Below are positions 18,509 to 27,485 of a stretch of 33,112 bases of DNA, one piece after another. The translations under genes and the position numbers were made by a program. Source of the DNA: Nitrospirota bacterium. GTDB lineage: Bacteria > Nitrospirota > UBA9217. Below the pieces are notes generated by a model. That model was not told the DNA's origin. It saw only the letters and a program-made list of their open reading frames with translations, and did no database searches. The first letter of the stretch is position 1. The number at the start of each line of letters is the position of its first letter. The stretch lies in contig DASPSR010000051.1 in assembly GCA_035623825.1 (NCBI GenBank), positions 1 to 33,112 of the forward strand, in the 5' to 3' direction.

Positions 18509-19661
18509 CATAGTGGGAACCACGGCTCTTATTACCGACGTCGACCGCAGGAAGTCGTTGCCCATCATCCAGGCCCTGGGGCGGGCTGGGGTGAGAGTGA
18601 TCGGCATCTCATATAAACCTCTGCCTGTTGGCTGGTTTTCCAAGTACTGCCGGAAGGTATATCGTGTCCCTGACTATAGAACGCAGAGGGACCTTTTTCT
18701 TGAGGAATTCGAGCGTGTATGCAGATCTGAAAAGCCGGATGTGCTCTATCCGCTTGAGGATGAAATGATCGTCACCTGTTCGAAGGAGCGCAGCTCCTGG
18801 GAGCCATATACAAGTGCTTTGATTCCGGACGGCAGCGTTCTGGACCAAGCTTACGACAAGTGGGAGACGATTAAGGTCGCGAAGAGAATAGGCATTCCTG
18901 TGCCGGACACCTATTGTCCCGAAAACGCCGAAGAGGCTCGGGCGATAGCGGCCGGATGGCGAGGCGAGGCAGTCATCAAACCAAGAAAAAGTAGCGGGTC
19001 TCGTGGACTAGTGTACGTGAATGACGGTTCAGCAATGCTGGCTTGCTATCAAAAGGTCTCCGCAAAATACGAAAGGCCGCTAATACAGGAAAGAATTCCC
19101 GCCGAAGGAAGCGGGCTTGGGGTGTTCGCGCTCATTAGTAGGGAGAGGAAGGTGGTGGCCGTTTTTGGTCACAAAAGACTGAGGCAGTACCCTGTTTCAG
19201 GCGGGCCGAGCACATTGTGCGTCAGCTACAGAGATAACGATCTTATCAGACATTCAATGGACCTATTCAAAGAATTAGGCCTTACAGGCGTAGTAATGGC
19301 TGAGTACAAAATTGATGTAAGAAAGTCCATACCCGTGCTTATGGAGATCAATGCCCGGTTTTGGGGTTCGCTTCAACTCGCTATCTACGCGGGTGTAAAT
19401 TTTCCTGTCTTATACCACAAAGCTGCCATGGGGCTGCCGTGCGATCCGGTGCTGGAATACCCGGTGGGGAAATACTGGCGCTGGCTCATACCTGGAGATA
19501 TATTGCATTTTCTCAGTAACCCGAACAGGATCAAGCTTGAGCCGAGCTTCTTCAATCTTAACCGCAAGAACTGCAGTTATGATATCTCAATGGACGATCC
19601 CTTTCCGGCGGCAGGTATGCTGATTACGGCTATCATGAAGGTTTTAACAGCGGACAGGTGA
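18498..19661 (+). CDS. ATP-grasp carboxylate-amine ligase family protein
   Basis: DKWET..AKRIGIPVPDT, VIKPRKSSGSRG, LIQERIP, GGPST, MEINARFWGS. GTG18498 lies 7 nt after GGAGGT. Confidence 0.87.
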   Translation: MKNSIVGTTALITDVDRRKSLPIIQALGRAGVRVIGISYKPLPVGWFSKYCRKVYRVPDYRTQRDLFLEEFERVCRSEKPDVLYPLEDEMIVTCSKERSSWEPYTSALIPDGSVLDQAYDKWETIKVAKRIGIPVPDTYCPENAEEARAIAAGWRGEAVIKPRKSSGSRGLVYVNDGSAMLACYQKVSAKYERPLIQERIPAEGSGLGVFALISRERKVVAVFGHKRLRQYPVSGGPSTLCVSYRDNDLIRHSMDLFKELGLTGVVMAEYKIDVRKSIPVLMEINARFWGSLQLAIYAGVNFPVLYHKAAMGLPCDPVLEYPVGKYWRWLIPGDILHFLSNPNRIKLEPSFFNLNRKNCSYDISMDDPFPAAGMLITAIMKVLTADR

Positions 19662-19710
19662 TGAGCCGGCATCTGTTCGAATTCCTCGCCAGCAGCGTGG
19701 AACCGAGGGC

Positions 19711-20607
19711 ATGATGAATCTGCTTACATTTGATCTAGAGGACTGGTTTCATATCCTGGACCTCAAGGACCGGCAGCCAATGCTTTCTGAGTGGCACACA
19801 TTTCCATCCCGGCTGGAATTGAACACCGAGCGAATACTGGCGATGCTGGATGAACGGAAGATCCATGCGACTTTTTTCATCCTCGGCTGGATAGTCGATA
19901 AGTACCCGGCGGTAGTCAGGAAGATCAATGCCCTGGGCCACGAGATCGCCTGTCATGGGTATGGACACGAACTGATCTCAGGCATGGCCCGTGATCATTT
20001 TAGGGAAGACCTTCGCAGGTCCAAGGGGATACTGGAAGACGTGACGGGCATGCCGATAGACGGATACAGGGGGCCAGGATTTAGTATAACCCTGGAAAAT
20101 CTTTGGGCTTTCGACGTCATAGCTGAGGAAGGGTTCAGTTACGACGCGTCGGTCTATCCCGGCGAGCACGGGCATGGCGGCGTACAGGGCCTGCCATCTG
20201 AGCCGTTCCGGATGCTTACCCTAGACGGACATGCTCTTGACGAGTTTCCGGTCACTATTCTCGCATTCGCGAAGTTTCGAGTTGCATTCTCCGGAGGAGG
20301 TTACTTTCGTCTGTGTCCCTTACCTGTCATGACACGGCTGATCTCAAATCTCAATGAGCGAGGCAAACCAGTCATGGTCTACCTTCACCCCCGTGACTTG
20401 GACCCAGAGACCCCCAGGATGTCAATGCCATTTAGAAGGCGATTCAAGTGCTATGTAAACATATCCGGATCGAATGAGAAACTGGGATGCATTCTTGACC
20501 GCCATGCTTTCTGTGCCATACGCGACTGGCGGACCAGCCATTGCATCATGCTAAGCTATGACCTAGCATCGCCAACGGACAACAAGATGGTCTCTCCGAA
20601 TAGATGA
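19711..20607 (+). CDS. Polysaccharide deacetylase (CE4/NodB + DUF3473), PEP-CTERM-locus type
   Basis: TFDLEDWF, ATFFILGW, HEIACHGYGH, GYRGPGFSI, YDAS, GGGYFRL, YLHPRDLDP. Confidence 0.9.
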   Translation: MMNLLTFDLEDWFHILDLKDRQPMLSEWHTFPSRLELNTERILAMLDERKIHATFFILGWIVDKYPAVVRKINALGHEIACHGYGHELISGMARDHFREDLRRSKGILEDVTGMPIDGYRGPGFSITLENLWAFDVIAEEGFSYDASVYPGEHGHGGVQGLPSEPFRMLTLDGHALDEFPVTILAFAKFRVAFSGGGYFRLCPLPVMTRLISNLNERGKPVMVYLHPRDLDPETPRMSMPFRRRFKCYVNISGSNEKLGCILDRHAFCAIRDWRTSHCIMLSYDLASPTDNKMVSPNR

Positions 20608-20762
20608 TCGGATATGTTATGGTCGTCAGCCGGATTGAGGCGATTATATGGATCAGAGTCCCATTGGCTTCCTCTAAGCTAGGAGCAAGTGGGCGCGGAG
20701 TGCAGGTTTCAAGGCTTCGACGGAGAAGATGAAATGAAAATAAAGCGTAGGTCGAGCATAGC

Positions 20763-21881
20763 ATGAAGGTCTTCATCGTTGCCGGCGCACGTCCGAATTT
20801 CATGAAGATTGCACCCATTTACCGGGCATCTCTGGCACATCCATCTGTAGAATGCAAGATAGTGCATACGGGCCAGCACTATGATCGAGAAATGTCAGAT
20901 GCTTTCTTCGAAGAACTAGACATCCCGAAACCCGCCTATTTTCTCGAAGCGGGCTCCGGTACCCATGCCGTTCAGACGGCAAAGATAATGGTGGCGTTCG
21001 AGCCCATATGCGAGAGAGAGAAGCCGGATCTGGTCATAGTGGTAGGAGACGTCAATTCAACGCTTGCCTGCAGCATCGTGGCGAAGAAGCTGTGCATCAA
21101 AGTAGCCCATGTGGAGGCGGGGCTTCGAAGCTTTGATCTGACCATGCCGGAAGAAATCAACCGGATGGTGACGGATGCCATATCCGATTATTTCTTTGTC
21201 ACCGAAGAGAGCGGGTCAGCAAATCTTTTGAAGGAAGGGAAGCATCAGGATAGTATTTATTTTGTCGGCCATGTGATGGTTGATAACCTGCTCCATCAGG
21301 CGAGAAAAATAGGCGACGGAACGATTGACACGAGCACGCTTACAGTGTATTCGCTTAAGCAGCAAAAAAAGAAATATATCTTTATGACCCTGCATAGGCC
21401 TTCTAATGTTGACAACGCTTCGACGTTCCGCGGCATCATTTCCGCGCTCAACGAGATCTCCGAAAGCCTGCCCGTCCTGTTCCCGGTTCACCCGCGGACG
21501 AGAAAGCGGGCAGAGGAGTTCGGCATCCAATTTTCAAATCAGATCATTCTCCTACCGCCCCTCGGTTTCACGGATTCATTGTATCTCTGGAAAGACGCGG
21601 AGGCAGTTTTTACCGACAGCGGCGGACTTCAGGAAGAAACGACTGCATTAGGCGTTCCGTGCGTGACAATCCGGGAAAACACGGAAAGACCGATCACTGT
21701 TGCAAGGGGCACCAACGTGCTCGCCGGGACGATGCGGGAAGGCATTCTCAGCGCCTACCGTGAAAGCCTGAAAAAGAAAACTCGCGCCGCTGTGCCGCCG
21801 AAGTGGGACGGACAAGCCTCTGAACGCATTTGGTCCATTCTCATGGGTTTAGCAAAGAATGATTCAAGCAAGAGAGGTTAA
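20763..21881 (+). CDS. wecB: UDP-N-acetylglucosamine 2-epimerase (non-hydrolysing)
   Basis: GARPNFMKIAP, HTGQHYD, GDVNSTLA, HVEAGLRS, MPEEINR, TDSGGLQEE, RENTERP. Confidence 0.95.
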   Translation: MKVFIVAGARPNFMKIAPIYRASLAHPSVECKIVHTGQHYDREMSDAFFEELDIPKPAYFLEAGSGTHAVQTAKIMVAFEPICEREKPDLVIVVGDVNSTLACSIVAKKLCIKVAHVEAGLRSFDLTMPEEINRMVTDAISDYFFVTEESGSANLLKEGKHQDSIYFVGHVMVDNLLHQARKIGDGTIDTSTLTVYSLKQQKKKYIFMTLHRPSNVDNASTFRGIISALNEISESLPVLFPVHPRTRKRAEEFGIQFSNQIILLPPLGFTDSLYLWKDAEAVFTDSGGLQEETTALGVPCVTIRENTERPITVARGTNVLAGTMREGILSAYRESLKKKTRAAVPPKWDGQASERIWSILMGLAKNDSSKRG

Positions 21882-21884
21882 TGG

Positions 21885-23468
21885 ATGATGGTACCGTGGC
21901 CTCAAATGATACGATACGGTATGTACGGACTGTTGTTAACCCTCATCTATTTCCCTTCGTATTCCTGGTTGGTCGGATATGACTGGCCGAGAGAGGATTA
22001 TAACTACTGTTACCTCGTTCCCCTTGTCTTACTCTATCTGATCTGGGAGAAGAAGGACCAATGGTCAAGAAAAGCATCGTTCCCATCATGGGGCGGCGTG
22101 ATCGTCTTGCTTTCCGGAGTTCTCGTGTTCTGGGCCGGAGAGCTGGCGGGAGAGTATTTTTCCATTTATATTTCTTCGTGGCTTGTCGTTGTGGGGCTTC
22201 TCTGGTTACATGCAGGATGGGAAAAAGTAAAGATCATGGCCTTCCCGATTTTCGTGTCTCTTTTCCTTTTCCCTCTGCCGCACTTCCTCAACACGAAGCT
22301 TACACTCAATCTCAAGCTCATATCATCGGAAATCGGCGTCAAAATCATTCAGTTCTTCGGCATGTCTGCCTATCGGGAAGGTAACATTATTGATTTGGCT
22401 TTCACACAACTCCAGGTCGTGGATGCCTGTAGCGGGCTTCGCTACCTTATCCCTCTTTTTTTGATGGGCCTACTGGCAGCGTATTTTTACCACGCAGCGC
22501 TCTGGAAGAGAACGATTATTGTGGCCTCAACGATTCCTCTCTCCATCATAACGAACAGTTTCCGTGTGGCAATTACGGCCTTTCTCTATCCATCCATGGG
22601 CCGCGATGCGGCTGAAGGCTTTTTCCACGATTTTTCTGGCTGGGTCATTTTCATGCTTTCCTTCGGCGTTCTGGTTGCCGAGATTTGGGTACTGCGCAAA
22701 ATCCTGCCCCGACCTACTGAATGCTTCATGAAGAAGAAAGTCACGTCCAGGAACAAGACCGAAAGCGAACATCCGGAACGGCCGGGAAAAGATGATCCTG
22801 TTTTAGAGAAAGAACAGACCGTGTTCTTTTCTCAATCCCGGTTCGTTGTTGCCATTGCCATTCTTGCGATGACTGTGAGTATACATTCGTTAGTTGATTT
22901 CAGGGAGAAACAGCCCATCAGCCGTCCTTTTAACGAATTTCCTCTTCTCATCGGCGAATGGAAAGGCACGCGCGAGTTTATGGATCAGAAGTTTCTCGAC
23001 GTACTTGAGCCTACTGATTATGTAGCCATCAACTACTCTAAGCACGACAGCCCTTCGGTCAATATTTACGTGGCATATTATGCAAGTCAGCAAAAGGGGA
23101 AATCCATCCATTCTCCGGAAACGTGTTTGCCAGGCACCGGTTGGTGCTTTAACCAAGCAGGGTCAGTAACAATCCCTTTGCCCGGGAATAACACTGCATT
23201 CCCGGTCATGCGTGCTCTGATAACGAAAGAGGAGCAAAAGCAACTCGTCTATTTCTGGTTTAGTGAACGCGGACGCATCCTTACGAATGCATACGAAATG
23301 AAAATGTACAATTTTTGGGACGCAGTAATAAAGAAGAGGACCGACGGGGCCATGGTCAGGGTAATCACGCCTGTTTCTTCATCTGAAATGACCGAGGATG
23401 CCGATAAGAGGCTCCGGTCTTTTATTCAAGATATTGCCCCTACGCTGAATGAATTCATCCCCGGATAG
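21885..23468 (+). CDS. xrtD: Exosortase fused to an EpsI-like domain; resembles VPLPA-CTERM-specific exosortase D
   Basis: Multi-TM with the Cys-Arg-His triad (VVDACSGLRYL, NSFRV, FFHDFSGW); C-terminal EpsI domain (IHSPETCLPGTGW, YFWFSERGR, RTDGAMVRV). Subfamily D is a recognition-based call. Confidence 0.85.
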   Translation: MMVPWPQMIRYGMYGLLLTLIYFPSYSWLVGYDWPREDYNYCYLVPLVLLYLIWEKKDQWSRKASFPSWGGVIVLLSGVLVFWAGELAGEYFSIYISSWLVVVGLLWLHAGWEKVKIMAFPIFVSLFLFPLPHFLNTKLTLNLKLISSEIGVKIIQFFGMSAYREGNIIDLAFTQLQVVDACSGLRYLIPLFLMGLLAAYFYHAALWKRTIIVASTIPLSIITNSFRVAITAFLYPSMGRDAAEGFFHDFSGWVIFMLSFGVLVAEIWVLRKILPRPTECFMKKKVTSRNKTESEHPERPGKDDPVLEKEQTVFFSQSRFVVAIAILAMTVSIHSLVDFREKQPISRPFNEFPLLIGEWKGTREFMDQKFLDVLEPTDYVAINYSKHDSPSVNIYVAYYASQQKGKSIHSPETCLPGTGWCFNQAGSVTIPLPGNNTAFPVMRALITKEEQKQLVYFWFSERGRILTNAYEMKMYNFWDAVIKKRTDGAMVRVITPVSSSEMTEDADKRLRSFIQDIAPTLNEFIPG

Positions 23469-23547
23469 GGTGTTTCGAGAAAAATCTTCTGAACGATTCC
23501 GATCATATCAGTAGGATGTATCTTTGTTCCATGGGTAAATAACATAC

Positions 23548-25191
23548 ATGCTTTATTTTTCGACTATCTTGCTCTCGGTGTTCATAACGGTCAGCTTGAT
23601 ACCCATGATGACCAGACTGGCTAACAAGTACCAGATGGTGGACTATCCCAGCCCTCGCAAGATTCATGTTCGCCCGGTGCCCAGGATCGGGGGGGTTGCA
23701 ATGGCCGTAGGTGTTTTCATCCCGATCGTTTTCTTGGCCATTGCTGATAATTTCGTGCGGGCCTTCATATCCGCAGCGGGCATACTGGTGGTCTTTGGGT
23801 TCATCGATGACATTAAAGGGCTCGACTACAAGGCGAAGTTCTTAGGCCAGGTTCTCGCGGCCCTCGTGATCATCGTCCTCGGCGGGCTCAGGATCAGTTC
23901 ACTGGGCAATCTGCTTCCCGGAGATGTGCAAATGAGCGAGTGGCTGAGGGTCACACTTACCCTTGTGGCGATTGTCGGCGTGACGAACGCCTTGAACCTT
24001 GCAGACGGCCTCGACGGGCTGGCGGGGGGGATCGCGCTGCTCAGCTTCAGCTGCATCGGCTATCTCGCCTATCTCGACGGCAATAACACCGTCCTTCTGA
24101 TAACCACGGCCGTGGCCGGGGCGATATTCGGTTTTCTCAGGTTTAACACCCATCCCGCCCGTCTGTTCATGGGCGACACGGGAAGCCAGCTGCTGGGATT
24201 CTCAGCGGTCGTGCTGGCCGTCAAGATCACGCAAGGCAATACTCCCTTAAGCCCCATTTTACCGCTCATTGTCCTCGGGATTCCGGTGCTCGACACACTT
24301 ACCGTGATGGCGCAGAGGATGAGCCAGGGGAAGTCCCCTTTTTCGCCGGACAAGAACCACTTTCATCATAGACTGATCAAATTAGGGCTTTCCCATTCCG
24401 AGGCAGTCTTCGTCATCTACGTGGTACAGGCCTTGATGATTCTATCTGCGATCTTTTTCAGATATTATTCTGATTGGATTCTCATAGTCGGCTACGCCTT
24501 TTTTTGCGCGATTGTCGTCAGCCTTCTTGCCGCTCTGGAACACAATACCATACGCCTGCCGCGCTTCCACGCAATAGAGAAAACCGTCAAAGGCCGGCTG
24601 CGGAGGATCCGGGATAACAACCTTATCATAAAGGTATCTTTCGGAGCATCGAAGCTGGCGATCCCCTGCCTTTTACTGGCCTCCTGTTTCATACCCGCGC
24701 GAATACCCGCATATGTCTCTATCACGGCCCTCTGCTCCAGCATATTGATCCTGGGGTCCATCTTCGCGGGGAAGAAACACTTGGGGGGAAGTCTGCGCCT
24801 GGTGCTGTACCTGACAATCCCCCTCATTCTCTATTGCATCCAGGAAGGTAAAGCTTCCTGGATAAAAGATCAGACCCTGTTCATCTACTGGCTGTGCTTT
24901 GGAAGCATTGCACTGTTCGTAATGCTCACGGTCACGTTCTCAAGGCGATTGCAAGGATTCAGGGTTTCGACTATGGACTTCCTGATCATCTTCATTGCCG
25001 TGACTGTGCCGAACCTGACGGGTCAGCTTGTGGAGCATTTCAATTTGGGTCAGCTGGCAGTGGAGATCATCGTGTTCTTCTTTGGTTACGAAGTTCTGAT
25101 CAACGAGCTTAGGGAAAAGTTCTATTTTCTGGCATGGGCCACGTTTGCGGCAATGGTCGTCCTTGGCGTACGGGGATACATGGGAGGCTGA
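23548..25191 (+). CDS. WecA/TagO-like undecaprenyl-phosphate GlcNAc-1-phosphate transferase (MraY/PNPT family) with a long C-terminal membrane extension
   Basis: RKIH..PVPRIGG, GFIDD, NALNLADGLDGLAGG, FMGDTGS, DKNHFHHRL; about 215 extra hydrophobic residues after the core. Confidence 0.9.
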   Translation: MLYFSTILLSVFITVSLIPMMTRLANKYQMVDYPSPRKIHVRPVPRIGGVAMAVGVFIPIVFLAIADNFVRAFISAAGILVVFGFIDDIKGLDYKAKFLGQVLAALVIIVLGGLRISSLGNLLPGDVQMSEWLRVTLTLVAIVGVTNALNLADGLDGLAGGIALLSFSCIGYLAYLDGNNTVLLITTAVAGAIFGFLRFNTHPARLFMGDTGSQLLGFSAVVLAVKITQGNTPLSPILPLIVLGIPVLDTLTVMAQRMSQGKSPFSPDKNHFHHRLIKLGLSHSEAVFVIYVVQALMILSAIFFRYYSDWILIVGYAFFCAIVVSLLAALEHNTIRLPRFHAIEKTVKGRLRRIRDNNLIIKVSFGASKLAIPCLLLASCFIPARIPAYVSITALCSSILILGSIFAGKKHLGGSLRLVLYLTIPLILYCIQEGKASWIKDQTLFIYWLCFGSIALFVMLTVTFSRRLQGFRVSTMDFLIIFIAVTVPNLTGQLVEHFNLGQLAVEIIVFFFGYEVLINELREKFYFLAWATFAAMVVLGVRGYMGG

Positions 25192-25455
25192 AAATGACGT
25201 CCAGCAGGCACGGATCCTTACCCGAGAGAGAGATCTAAGAGGGAAAGATATCAGGGTCCGATCGCAGAAATGTCATGATAATGAGAATCTCTGAGACATC
25301 CCATTTCCCAAGTGAGATAAACGATCTCTTCAGTGAAAAAGCGAGGTTAGGGAAGATTTGATGGATAATATCGGCACTTTTTCGGGAATATTATAGTCGT
25401 GAACAGTGGCCATGCATTATCGGATGCCGACCATGGAAAAGGGGAGGTGTGGAAC

Positions 25456-27450
25456 ATGTGGATTAAGAACAGGATGGTTATTGGAATCATTGCATTGGTC
25501 TCTCTTACAGTAGCGGTGGCTTGCAGCGGGCCCGAACAGAAAAAGGCCAAATTCTACAATAGGGGCAAGGCACTGTATGAAAAGGGAGAGTACGCAAAAG
25601 CTGGGCTCGAGTTCAAAAATGCGATACAGATCGATGTCAAGTATGCCGACGCATATTACATGCTGGGCATGACCGCACTGAAATACGGGGACCCGCGCGG
25701 GGCCTTTGGCAGTGTCTCAAAGGCTGTAGAGCTGGATCCCCTTAACTGGGATGCCCAGGCTCAGTTGGGTTGGTTTCTCCTAGCCAGGGGCAAGGACAAC
25801 GACGCGATGGACAAAGCGGAACTAGTCCTGAAGAACAAACCCTCTCACGAAGACGCTCTCATCCTCAAGGCAGCAGTGATGGTAAAGAAAAAGGAGGTTG
25901 AAGAGGCTCGACGGTTTTTGGAGTCGGTGCTCGGACGCGACGTGCACAAGCCCGAAGGTTACCTGATCCTGACATCCATTTACACTCAAAAGAAAGATAC
26001 ACAGAACATCGAGCGGGTGCTGCTGGACGGCATCAAGGAAAATCAAAAGGCCGTCCCACTTTATCTCGCGCTTGTCGATCTTTACCTGACGACAAAAAGA
26101 CCCGATGATGCGATAAGTCAGATGCAGAAGGTAATTCAAATTGAACCGAAGGTGGATCGGCATCAGTTGAACCTGGCCGCCATCTACTGGCAGTCGGGCA
26201 AAGAGCAGCAGGCAAGAGTCGCCGTGAGATCGTTTCTCCAGGCAGACCCCAAGAAGGAGGACAGCTGGATCCAGGCCGCCGAGTTCTATGCTTCCCGAAA
26301 TAAGTCGGCCGACGCAGAGGAACAGTTAAAGGATGGCATCAGGCAGAATGGAAAGAGTTTTTCGATCCGATTCGCCCTGAGCGCCTTCTATTTCGCGACC
26401 AATCATCCGGACCAGGGACTCGCCATTCTGCAGGAATGCCTGATGTTGGACCGGGATGCCGCAAATCCCAATATCCTGCATGCAAAGAATTCGCTGGCCG
26501 AGTACTATCTCACCCGTCAGGATGTGGACAAGGCGAAACAGTATGTTGACGAGGTGATTAAGGCAAGTCCGAAAAACGTCGATGCCAACTACATCGAGGG
26601 CACCATTCATCTAGAGAAGAAGGAGGCACTGGAGGCGGTGTCTTCGTTCCGCACGGTGATAAGCGAGCGTCAAAACTTTTTACCCGCTTATGTCGGTTTG
26701 GCGGACGCCCACGTCTTGAACAATGAATACAAGCTGGCGTTCGACAGCCTTCAGAAGGCATTGAAGATCGCACCGGACTCCCGTGAGGTGATCCGCGCCA
26801 TGGCCCGCGTCTATGCCGCCCAGAAGGATAATAAGAATGCCGAGGACCAGTATAACAAGATTTTGAGCAAGAATCCAAATGATCTGGACGTGCGCTCCGA
26901 TCTGGGCGACCTGATGCTGTTCGCGGGGAACGTGCAGAGGGCGGAAAGGGAGTATATGGAACTCAGGAGGCGCGCGCCGAATAATCCGGCAAGCTACGTG
27001 AAGTTGAGCGCTCTCTACAGCATGCAGAAGAAATGGGACAGGGCCATGAACGAAATGGAACACGCGGTTCAGATCCAACCGGATCTATGGGCTACGACGA
27101 ACGACCTGGCCTATATGTTGTGCGAGTACGGTAACGGGAAGAAGGATCTTGACCGTGCCCTTGCTCTTGCCGAGAAAGCGATATCGTTAAGTCCCGATAA
27201 CCCATCGGTGCTCGACACCTTGGGCTGGATCTACTACCGCAAGGGCGATGTGCAGCAAGCCGTCGAGTGTCTGCGGAAGGCTCAAGATAAGAGCGCCGGC
27301 AACCCTGTCATCAACTATCATCTCGGCATGGCGTACAGCCGGATCGGCAATTCCGAGAAGGCGAAGCACTATTTGCAGACGGCACTCGTTTCAAAAGTGG
27401 CGTTTCCTGGAAGGGACGAAGCCGAGAAGACCGTGGCGGCGATAAGATAA
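25456..27450 (+). CDS. TPR-repeat lipoprotein (PrsT-like, exosortase/EPS-associated)
   Basis: ATG25456 after ggggagg; lipobox VAVAC; TPR repeats throughout; terminal DTLGWIYY...YHLGMAY...FPGRDEA. Confidence 0.85.
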   Translation: MWIKNRMVIGIIALVSLTVAVACSGPEQKKAKFYNRGKALYEKGEYAKAGLEFKNAIQIDVKYADAYYMLGMTALKYGDPRGAFGSVSKAVELDPLNWDAQAQLGWFLLARGKDNDAMDKAELVLKNKPSHEDALILKAAVMVKKKEVEEARRFLESVLGRDVHKPEGYLILTSIYTQKKDTQNIERVLLDGIKENQKAVPLYLALVDLYLTTKRPDDAISQMQKVIQIEPKVDRHQLNLAAIYWQSGKEQQARVAVRSFLQADPKKEDSWIQAAEFYASRNKSADAEEQLKDGIRQNGKSFSIRFALSAFYFATNHPDQGLAILQECLMLDRDAANPNILHAKNSLAEYYLTRQDVDKAKQYVDEVIKASPKNVDANYIEGTIHLEKKEALEAVSSFRTVISERQNFLPAYVGLADAHVLNNEYKLAFDSLQKALKIAPDSREVIRAMARVYAAQKDNKNAEDQYNKILSKNPNDLDVRSDLGDLMLFAGNVQRAEREYMELRRRAPNNPASYVKLSALYSMQKKWDRAMNEMEHAVQIQPDLWATTNDLAYMLCEYGNGKKDLDRALALAEKAISLSPDNPSVLDTLGWIYYRKGDVQQAVECLRKAQDKSAGNPVINYHLGMAYSRIGNSEKAKHYLQTALVSKVAFPGRDEAEKTVAAIR

Positions 27451-27485
27451 TACAAAAAATAACCAGGGGGAGGAGCGTAAGAAAT

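Noticed and set aside
19908-19919. GGCGGTAG resembling an ops/JUMPStart element
   Set aside because: Inside the deacetylase CDS, lacks the downstream nnTG, and is not in a leader region.
20664-20680. TTGGC-N9-GCT possible sigma54 -24/-12 site upstream of wecB
   Set aside because: GG-N10-GC spacing fits, but the CAC and TTGC consensus positions do not; too weak without TSS data.
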